From positions 1,320,001 to 1,352,000 of the forward strand of contig NC_017459.1 of assembly GCF_000237865.1 (NCBI RefSeq): 32,000 nucleotides of DNA, in the 5' to 3' direction. The notes beneath the pieces are model-generated. The model searched no databases, was not told where the DNA came from, and saw nothing but the letters and a program-made list of their open reading frames with translations. Position 1 is the first letter of the stretch. Every line of letters starts with the position of its first letter. The position numbers and the translations under genes are program-made. This stretch comes from Haloquadratum walsbyi C23. Its GTDB lineage: Archaea; Halobacteriota; Halobacteria; Halobacteriales; Haloferacaceae. Shown here in pieces: positions 24,981 to 32,000 of this stretch.

Positions 24981-25415
24981 ATGTTCGAATTTGAATCTGG
25001 ACCTAACCCCGATCTTGGAGCTGAGTCTGAATCCAATACTGAAGTCAACACCGAGATCAAGCCACGTCTTCAGCGCGCTCTTGAGGAACCACTTTCGGTC
25101 GTGTCGACTGAGGGAACTCCCGTCGAGAGTGACGCGTGGTTCGTCTCAGTTGTTTCACACAGTGGCGAATCATACACTGTCGACGTCCGTGACGGTCGCT
25201 GCAACTGTCCTGATGCACGGTATCATCTCGGTGCGGATCAGCGGTGTAAACATCAGATACGTGCCGAAATCGCGCTTGGACGGATGCCGGTGCCACCTTA
25301 CGCTGCGGAGACCGCTGATATTGACCGACTCCTCGGGGAACATACTGATGCGAATCTGCGATTCCTCGTGAACGACGGAGGATGTTATCGACAGGACATA
25401 CACCTCCGAACCTGA
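24981..25415 (+). CDS. SWIM-type zinc-finger protein
   Basis: YTVDVRDGRCNCPDARYHLGADQRCKHQIRAEIALG fits the CxCx(n)CxH signature. The N-terminus from ATG 24981 is acidic (MFEFESGPNPDLGAESES). Confidence 0.75.
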   Translation: MFEFESGPNPDLGAESESNTEVNTEIKPRLQRALEEPLSVVSTEGTPVESDAWFVSVVSHSGESYTVDVRDGRCNCPDARYHLGADQRCKHQIRAEIALGRMPVPPYAAETADIDRLLGEHTDANLRFLVNDGGCYRQDIHLRT

Positions 25416-25794
25416 CGAGGTGAAAAGACGCCAGGACTAGTCTCACTCTCGAATCCGAACACGGGGTCTACGTTCCAGCTGTTCGTTTCGACGAGGCAAA
25501 GCACCAGGTCGAAACTGCTGAGTCTGTATTATAGAGTCGGCGCTTCCCGTGACAGACGGTTATCAGGGGTCGGGGCGCATCGGGAGTTCGATGGTCGCAT
25601 TATGTAACTAATCCTTTCTGTATACGACGATATGTTACATAAGGCAATATCAACAATAAATATCGATTTACGCCAACTTAATAAACTCCGCTGGTCTGTT
25701 GAACTCCTCTCGTATTTATACCGTTCCGTGTAAATCTGCCATTAGAGAGGACTGCGAACGGTCGATTCAATCCTCCGATCGTATCATCACGTTG

Positions 25795-26067
25795 CTAGAC
25801 CCAGTGAAGGATATAAAGAAGGTAGATGCTAGCGCTCGTAACGAGTATACCAACCGCAATCAAAGCCACAGCAGCCAAGCCAGTTGTGTAGAATCCCATT
25901 TGAACCGCTTGGAGACCAACAAGAACGGTGAATGCTGCTAGTATCGTCCAAAAGACAGTCGAGAGAACTGACCGCCCCACTCTTGACATTTCCTCTCTCA
26001 CAGCACGTCGAATTTCAACTTCAGTGAGGTTGTCGGAGTTGCCCATATCGAACATTATGTTGACCAT
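25795..26067 (-). CDS. Small two-TM membrane protein
   Basis: This 90-aa ORF has a charged N-terminus (EVEIRRAVREEMSR) followed by two hydrophobic helices. Confidence 0.5.
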   Translation of the reverse strand: MVNIMFDMGNSDNLTEVEIRRAVREEMSRVGRSVLSTVFWTILAAFTVLVGLQAVQMGFYTTGLAAVALIAVGILVTSASIYLLYILHWV

Positions 26068-26121
26068 CCATTATATAACTGGCCTGGACAGCATGAGAAG
26101 TGTACTATCGGTATCTAACGC

Positions 26122-26301
26122 TCAGAGTGTCTTGTCGATGGTATCTGTGAGACAACCAACAGCAAGTTCATAGAGCTGTATCCACCGGTAGCGTGAGCGG
26201 ACGAATACGCCATACTTACGCTTGAGTTGGGAGTTTACTGTCTCTTCCTGACTCCGTTGAAAGCGTGTCAGAGAAAGGTTTCCGCAGGGATTGAATAGTA
26301 G
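26122..26301 (-). pseudogene. C-terminal remnant (~59 codons) of an IS4/IS5-type DDE transposase
   Basis: The minus strand reads LFNPCGNLSLTRFQRSQEETVNSQLKRKYGVFVRSRYRWIQLYELAVGCLTDTIDKTL*. It contains the R-x3-E-x6-K part of the YREK signature. A stop lies immediately upstream, and no N-terminal part is present. Confidence 0.6.
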
Positions 26302-26425
26302 TCAAATATAGATATCACACGTGTGCTAATAAGTGACGACTATATGAAATCAATCAGAAGACCAGTGAAACATGCAGAGGTTACATATGGTAAATCGTCA
26401 AGATCCGAGTCCTTCGGTAATGCCC

Positions 26426-26752
26426 TCACGGACCTCGAAGGATTCGGAAGAGGAGCGTAACCGGACGAACCATTGTGTGTCCAAGGTCGGCGATCACAAA
26501 GTCACGTTCGTGACACCGATCATAGAGGTATAATGCAACCGGGAGAAATCCAAAACAGATCACGAAACTAGCGAAGACAACGATTTCCGGCAGTTCAATG
26601 CCAATAACGGACACTCCAAGTACAAACATAGTCATCACTGCGGTGCCGATCCCGACTGCATACGAGATCCGACCTACTTCGAATATCAGATATTTTTTAG
26701 AGAGACCGAAGTACGTCTCGTCCATTTGGTTCGGGTCTGTCCCGTTGCTCAT
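26426..26752 (-). CDS. Small membrane protein, unknown function
   Basis: This 108-aa ORF has an ATG start and two or three hydrophobic segments. Confidence 0.5.
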   Translation of the reverse strand: MSNGTDPNQMDETYFGLSKKYLIFEVGRISYAVGIGTAVMTMFVLGVSVIGIELPEIVVFASFVICFGFLPVALYLYDRCHERDFVIADLGHTMVRPVTLLFRILRGP

Positions 26753-27341
26753 TACTTATCAGATGTGACTGTGGTGTAATATACGTCACCGACGGTCTCA
26801 CACTGTGAAACCTGACCTGTCTCTCTGTACCCCGTGCTACGGTTGCGCTGTCCATCTTGCATACCGGCACAATCCAGTATTGGGATTCTCTTCGTATGGA
26901 GTGACGAGTATGGACAGCGTCGAATCCATCCGAATCGCTGCCTGCTGACTGGGTCATCTGGACTGTGACTGCACTGGCACTCATCGCAACTGGAAATATC
27001 GTTGATATACTCCTCAACAATGGAACGCTTGCGCTAGTTAGCTATGTGGGTATATGAATTAATTATTCACCGTCGAGTGTTCAAATTCCGAGCACGGTAT
27101 TAATGACCATTTTTTGATTCCCGTTCAGGAAAATGTTCTCTCGATTATCCTTGTTGTAGACTGGAGCATGATCGATCGAACATAGCCTGCCATCTGATAT
27201 AATGATTGAATCAATCGGAGAATGATCATCTTCATCCTTGCGACGGTGGGAGATAACTCTATTCTCAGTCGTCGGTCAGTTTGAATCATAAGTAACATAT
27301 TTTAATTGATATTTAATCACATTCATATCAGACGTGTATGT

Positions 27342-27632
27342 ATGAGTGAGAATATCGGGGTCGAAGTATCAAATCGTCATCACAGTGAAGAAGAGAGTGA
27401 GGATGACACTGAAGCACAAGATGATGAACACGGGGCAATAAAATCCCAGCAGTTCAGCTTTGAAAAGAATGAGACAGTCGCTGATCTTATTATGAAGGCA
27501 TTAATCGATGATGGGACGGTCACACCCGATGAGTTGCCAATCTCGTCTGCTCAAAAGGCGTTACGGATATACGCTTATCAACATTCCAACGTCACATTTG
27601 ATTCGAGGGAATCGACACTCCGCCGGAGATGA
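27342..27632 (+). CDS. Small highly acidic protein, unknown function
   Basis: An internal ATG at 27342 gives MSENIGVEVSNRHHSEEESEDDTEAQDDEHG.... The flanks are AT-rich. Confidence 0.5.
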   Translation: MSENIGVEVSNRHHSEEESEDDTEAQDDEHGAIKSQQFSFEKNETVADLIMKALIDDGTVTPDELPISSAQKALRIYAYQHSNVTFDSRESTLRRR

Positions 27633-28150
27633 TTCGCTAATCGAGTCTGGAATCTAAACTGCCGCATCGTTCGACTAATTTAATTCCTTCAATGCGAATA
27701 TTGGACAATATCATAAATTAATGATATCTGATTGGAAAGGTTATAGGCTCAAATAATATCAGAATGTGGACTGGTGAAGATCAATTTATTAACGCTGATG
27801 AGTAACGGCGTTGAGTAATACTACATTCACAGCGCGGGATCCTCATTTATCAGATTGCACAGCTCCATGCTGTCGAATCCCGCCTGTTGATTAGCGAGGA
27901 TTCATTCTCCTCATATACATCAAACATATGTTCTTTATTTCTGCTATGTCCAAACGTAGTAACTACTGTCAGCGTAACTTACATTACTGTCGGGGTTATC
28001 TCTCCTAGAGGCAACTCATTTCCGAACACATTATAGGACAAAATATCAACGATATTGGCGACAACTGTACGAGGAATCCAGTCTACAGGTCACATGTATC
28101 ATGATAAATTCCTATCGGACGGGTAAAAACAGAATGTTCACCATACACTG

Positions 28151-28681
28151 ATGAGACAGCAAAGGATCTTCGAGCAGGTACCCAGATTAGTGATTTTGCC
28201 CTCTGTGGACGACTTTGCTCGACAACGAGAAAGATATGAGCATCGGGGATTATCGAAAACGGCTGGTCGGTACGCCGACCCCTCCACAGTATTAGAGGAC
28301 AACGTCAGCGATGGGAAATTTGAACTTTTTATATCCCAACTCAGTGAACTTAGTGACAACAACTCGAGGAACGACGTTGGCATCGACGATGTGCAAAAAG
28401 CCACTGAAACCGTCATTGAAAAAAGTCTCACCCAACACGTCGGAGAAGATCTGAGCATCTCACTTGATCTGTCAAGTCCCACCGTTTCCGATATTACGAC
28501 GCGACTATTCAATGACGGGGCTATCGCATCGAATATTGACCTGTTGGTGACTGGATTCGAGGATAGTGCATCACAGGGGCTGCTATCACTCCTAAATAAG
28601 TACCAACTGATGACGCCATTATGTTTACACCAGCGGGATGTACATGAGAAGTGGCGAGAAAATAGCAGGAGCCTTACATGA
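28151..28681 (+). CDS. Unknown 176-aa protein; first gene of the Mre11/Rad50-like operon
   Basis: It has an ATG start and acidic composition. Its stop overlaps the next start (ATGA at 28678..28681). No motif was recognised. Confidence 0.6.
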   Translation: MRQQRIFEQVPRLVILPSVDDFARQRERYEHRGLSKTAGRYADPSTVLEDNVSDGKFELFISQLSELSDNNSRNDVGIDDVQKATETVIEKSLTQHVGEDLSISLDLSSPTVSDITTRLFNDGAIASNIDLLVTGFEDSASQGLLSLLNKYQLMTPLCLHQRDVHEKWRENSRSLT

Positions 28682-29172
28682 TGGAGCAGGTGATTCACTA
28701 TGGGATCCCTCAGAAAGTGAGACATCCGGTTGATGAGATCATGAACTTTAGTGGTCTTCTGCCGGATGGCACGTTGATCGATGTTGTTCCTATGACCAAG
28801 TCAGCTGATCAGCGGTTGATTCAACAAGGGAGTTCTGGTTTTGGGAACATTGATAACGGGACTGCGGTGGCTGATAACAGTGAGGAGGGGCTGCTGGTGT
28901 CGCACAAACCGGATTGCGGCACCGCACATCTATTGAAGATCACTGTGCAAGATTATGTCTCGTTGAATCGCGATGAGATTAATTCGCGGACTGCAGAGGA
29001 ATTGCTGATGAAGTACTCTCAGTTGAGTTGCTTGAATTGGTTCTCAGGTTTCAATCAGGGCAAGTGTGCCCTGCTGCAAGTTCTGACGCACAATTTGGAT
29101 GAGAATCTGTCCGCGGACATTGATGCCCCGGACAGCATGTCGATAATCTCGTTCATACGGAGTGACATATAA
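28678..29172 (+). CDS. Unknown 164-aa protein; second gene of the Mre11/Rad50-like operon
   Basis: It is coupled at both ends: ATGA with the upstream gene and TAATG (29170..29174) with the downstream gene. No motif was recognised. Confidence 0.6.
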   Translation: MMEQVIHYGIPQKVRHPVDEIMNFSGLLPDGTLIDVVPMTKSADQRLIQQGSSGFGNIDNGTAVADNSEEGLLVSHKPDCGTAHLLKITVQDYVSLNRDEINSRTAEELLMKYSQLSCLNWFSGFNQGKCALLQVLTHNLDENLSADIDAPDSMSIISFIRSDI

Positions 29173-30551
29173 TGAGTTCAAAACAAAATACGACGTTTGC
29201 ACATATTTCAGACGCACATATCGGGCATCGACAGTATAATGTCAAGAAGCGGCGGGATGATATGCAGCTCTCGTTTCTGTCTGCCGCTGTAGAAGCCATA
29301 GACCGGGGCGTGGATTTCGCAGTTTTCTCTGGTGACTTGTTTCACAACAAGGATGTTGATGCGCTGGCGTTGAGTGATGCTGAGAGGTGTTTAGATGAGT
29401 TTCAGACCGAGAATGATAATGAGGACGATATCCCGGTTGTTGCGATCCAAGGGAATCATGATGACAACCTCTACAAAGAGGATTTAGGTTGGCTTGAGTA
29501 TCTCCATCAGCAGGGGAAGCTGATTTTCCTAGAGGCTGATTTCGGGGATACAGAAACGTTTGAACCACATGATCCAGATAATAAAGGGACGTCAGCCGGG
29601 TTTGTGGACTTTGATGATGTCCGGGTATTCGGAGTCCAGTATCTTGGTCGGCGCTTGGAGAATCATTTGGATGACGTTGTGGAGGGAATTCAAGCAGCGA
29701 ATGAGCGGTATGGCGAGCCGGGCTATACGGTTTTACTTGGACATTTCGGTATTGAGGGTCAGGTGCCGAAGATGTCTGGATTGGAGTACAGTAAGTTGGA
29801 GCCACTTCGGGAGATGGTAGACTACTTTGGTGTCGGGCATCTGCACACGCAGTACTCAATTGCTGATTGGGTGTATAGTCCTGGTTCGCTCGAGGTTCAC
29901 AGCATTCGTGAGGATAGCAACGATCTCGGGTACTACACTGTTACGACCACTAATGATGGGTTGGAGCCGGAACACCATCTGGCGAAAAGACGTCCGTTCT
30001 ATACTGTTGAGTTCAGTGTGGATGGGTATGAGTCTCCTGACGAACTTGCGCAAGACTTTGATCAGCAGGTGGAGGCAGAGGTCCCGAATCTGCGTGAAAC
30101 ACAGGATCGTGAGCAGTTCCGTGGGCGTGGTGAGCGACGGAATCCAGTGGTGTACCTCCGCTTGACTGGGCTATTGGAGTTCAGTCGCAGTCGGTTGGAT
30201 ATGGATGTGCTCAAAGGAAGTATTGAAGAGCGCATGGATCCGATTCACATCGAACCGAATGACGCCATGGAGACTCGAGATGCGATTTCTGTTCTTGAGA
30301 ATATTGATGATGGAAAGGATGCTGTAACGGATGAGTACGGTCAGATTGACCGTGATAAACTGGAACGTCGGGTATTTGAGCAGCTGGTGGATGGGCACCC
30401 GAAGTTTGGGGACTGTCCTGAGGAGATCGCTTCGGTGTTGCAGTCAGTCAAGCGACGGCATCTGGCAGGGGAACCGATTGATGCGGTATCGGATATGATT
30501 CAAGAGGAGCGGCGTGAGCTATTTTCCGTCGAGGGAGGTGATTCGGCATGA
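29172..30551 (+). CDS. mre11: Mre11/SbcD-family calcineurin-like phosphoesterase nuclease
   Basis: The phosphoesterase motifs appear in order: HISDAHIGH, SGDLFH, IQGNHDD, LLGHFG and VGHLHT. The protein is 459 aa. Its stop overlaps the Rad50-like start (ATGA at 30548..30551). Confidence 0.85.
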   Translation: MSSKQNTTFAHISDAHIGHRQYNVKKRRDDMQLSFLSAAVEAIDRGVDFAVFSGDLFHNKDVDALALSDAERCLDEFQTENDNEDDIPVVAIQGNHDDNLYKEDLGWLEYLHQQGKLIFLEADFGDTETFEPHDPDNKGTSAGFVDFDDVRVFGVQYLGRRLENHLDDVVEGIQAANERYGEPGYTVLLGHFGIEGQVPKMSGLEYSKLEPLREMVDYFGVGHLHTQYSIADWVYSPGSLEVHSIREDSNDLGYYTVTTTNDGLEPEHHLAKRRPFYTVEFSVDGYESPDELAQDFDQQVEAEVPNLRETQDREQFRGRGERRNPVVYLRLTGLLEFSRSRLDMDVLKGSIEERMDPIHIEPNDAMETRDAISVLENIDDGKDAVTDEYGQIDRDKLERRVFEQLVDGHPKFGDCPEEIASVLQSVKRRHLAGEPIDAVSDMIQEERRELFSVEGGDSA

Positions 30552-32000
30552 AGATTGAATCTATTGAACTTTCCAATATCAAAAGCTATGATGATAGTCG
30601 CACGAATGTCGAGTTGACTGATGGTGTTAATGCGGTGATTGGTGAGAATGGAGCAGGGAAGTCGACTGTTCAGCAGGCGATTGGGTTTGCGTTATTTGAT
30701 CATCTCCGGGTGTCCAGCCAGGGCGATTTCGTGCGGAATGGTGAGTCGTCTGGTTGTGTTCGGGTGACGTTTGTCTCGAATGAGGATGGACACCGATACA
30801 CCGTGGAGCGCCATGCTGGTCGTTCTAAACACCGGGTTATTGATTCGGAGACTGGCAAATTGTTGGATGGTCTGAGTGGTAAGAGCGAGCGGATTAGATG
30901 GCTGAAGGAGCATCTTGGGGTGCCACAGAACACTGATCTAGATACAGTCTGGAAATCGAGTGTTGGGGTACCGCAGAACAAGTTTGCTGAGGATTTTGCG
31001 AAGACGCCGGCAAATCGTGAAAGTGTATTTGATCCGTTGCTTGACTTGGATGTCTACGATAATATTTCTAGCTCCAGTGATTCCCGCCCGGACCTGTTGG
31101 AAGCAAAGCGTGAACTTGAGGATGAGTTGGATGAACTGGAGAGAGATATCGAAGCATTAGACGAGGAGGTTTCTGACCTGGATGAGTTAGTGGAGACACA
31201 CGACGAACTGAAGCACAAAATCAGGAAACTGGGCGAGGAAATTGATGAGAAGGAACGAGAACTGGACGACTTAGAGGGACGTAAGGACGCCCTTGATGAT
31301 CTAAAACAGAGGGTTGATGAGCTGTCGAACGACCAACAACTTCTCAGCGGAAAGATAGATACCAAGGAGAGTGCTCTGGATGATGTCGAGAAGGCGTTGG
31401 AGGAGGCTCGGAACGCCCGTGATCGACTCGATGAGCTTCAGGAGCAGTATGACGAGTACCAAAAGAAGGATGAAAGGCTGGATGAGTTGGAGGAAGACGT
31501 TGAGGAACGTGACGAACTAAACCAGGACCTAGAGGATGTGAATCGGAAAATAACAGGTCAGAAGCAGAAGGTCGAATCAATTGCAGCTGATGTTGAGAAG
31601 GCCGAAGATGCGCAAAGACGGATGGAGAAACTGGAGTCAGAAAAGAAGCGGCAGGAAGACCTAGAAGAGCAGCTTGACTCAATTGAGTCAGCTGAGGACG
31701 AGATCCAAGAACTCAGCGACGAGATTGATAATGTCGAGTCCAATCTTGAGTCGATGAGAGAGGACCTGGGTGAGACCATGATAAAAATCGAGCAAATACG
31801 GGCGTTAGAGAACACAGCTAACAGACTCGATGAGTTGGAAGAAAGAGAGCGCAAGCTCCTCAATGAGCAGTCCGGTCACGAGATCCGTATTGATGACCTA
31901 GAGGAGTCAATTCAGGCGTTACAGGAGGCTGATGAACCGGTGTGTCCGACCTGTGGGCAGGAACTGACCGAGACAGAAAGAGAAAATGAAATTGAGGAAC
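30548..32000 (+). CDS. rad50: Rad50/SbcC-family SMC-like ATPase, N-terminal 484 codons (truncated by window end)
   Basis: I translated it by hand; it is not in the ORF track because it has no stop in the window. The Walker A motif GENGAGKST lies at 30641..30667. A long acidic heptad-like coiled coil follows. The CPTC zinc-hook CxxC is at 31943..31954. Confidence 0.85.
   Translation, partial: MKIESIELSNIKSYDDSRTNVELTDGVNAVIGENGAGKSTVQQAIGFALFDHLRVSSQGDFVRNGESSGCVRVTFVSNEDGHRYTVERHAGRSKHRVIDSETGKLLDGLSGKSERIRWLKEHLGVPQNTDLDTVWKSSVGVPQNKFAEDFAKTPANRESVFDPLLDLDVYDNISSSSDSRPDLLEAKRELEDELDELERDIEALDEEVSDLDELVETHDELKHKIRKLGEEIDEKERELDDLEGRKDALDDLKQRVDELSNDQQLLSGKIDTKESALDDVEKALEEARNARDRLDELQEQYDEYQKKDERLDELEEDVEERDELNQDLEDVNRKITGQKQKVESIAADVEKAEDAQRRMEKLESEKKRQEDLEEQLDSIESAEDEIQELSDEIDNVESNLESMREDLGETMIKIEQIRALENTANRLDELEERERKLLNEQSGHEIRIDDLEESIQALQEADEPVCPTCGQELTETERENEIEE

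Noticed and set aside
25600-25642. Perfect 9-bp inverted repeat TTATGTAAC...GTTACATAA with a 25-nt spacer.
   Set aside because: It is a single occurrence in AT-rich intergenic DNA. It could be an operator or terminator, but nothing else supports a function.
26239-26250. CTGTCTCTTCC, resembling the MITE terminus.
   Set aside because: Only the first ~9-10 nt match. The string lies inside the transposase-remnant reading frame, where the complement encodes QEETV. No inverted partner is nearby.
26697-27020. 107-aa minus-strand ORF.
   Set aside because: Its composition is basic, Ser/Arg-rich and non-acidic. It overlaps the start of the better-supported membrane-protein ORF 26426..26752.
28138-28725. 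195-aa minus-strand ORF.
   Set aside because: It is antisense to the first two genes of the coupled Mre11/Rad50-like operon. It is Ser/Cys/Leu-rich and non-acidic, and it has no coupling or promoter context.
29242-30398. ORFs 29242..29859 (-), 29560..29820 (+), 29827..30165 (+), 29856..30053 (-) and 30171..30398 (-).
   Set aside because: All lie inside the Mre11-like gene, which has the complete ordered phosphoesterase motifs. They are alternative-frame or antisense shadows.
30692-31863. Ser-rich or Pro-rich minus-strand ORFs (for example 31054..31365, 31344..31682, 31558..31863) and small plus-strand ORFs.
   Set aside because: They are the complement or other frames of the GAx-rich coiled-coil coding sequence of the Rad50-like gene, and are low-complexity artefacts.
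1-32000. CRISPR array, rRNA genes or tRNA genes.
   Set aside because: No regularly spaced short direct repeats are present. All repeat families found are long, few in number and irregularly spaced. I saw no cloverleaf-compatible sequences. The GGGTTCAAGTCC string at ~8031 lacks a complementary T-stem and lies inside a CDS.

Overview
This window looks like a 32-kb accessory-type region of a low-GC haloarchaeal replicon. The evidence is acidic predicted proteins, twin-arginine lipoprotein signals and AT-rich intergenic regions. The organism assignment is inference only.

Left edge: a translationally coupled minus-strand operon. It encodes a 722-aa P-loop NTPase, a ~1170-aa SF2 helicase with a Cys/His-cluster insertion, and a third gene that runs off the window. 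It is a defence-like module that I cannot assign to a named system.

Right edge: a four-gene coupled plus-strand operon. Two unknown small proteins are followed by an Mre11/SbcD-like nuclease and a Rad50/SbcC-like ATPase, which is cut by the window end.

Between them:
- Toxin-antitoxin-like modules (PIN; a DUF433-like plus DUF5615-like pair).
- A PD-(D/E)xK nuclease-like ORF and an ORF with an HEPN-like Rx4H motif.
- Many small membrane, secreted or lipoprotein genes.
- An NCS2 nucleobase permease and a CPBP protease.
- An RHH regulator and a SWIM-finger protein.

The region is heavily scarred:
- Tyrosine-recombinase and DDE-transposase remnants.
- Two copies of a ~225-255 bp MITE.
- A 1348-bp tandem duplication carrying a small winged-helix gene.
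- A ~260-nt non-coding element in 3-4 copies.
- An ~80-nt intergenic repeat family in 4 copies.
- Three reading frames interrupted by single in-frame stop codons.

I saw no rRNA, tRNA or CRISPR array by eye. All family names come from motif recognition, not database searches.
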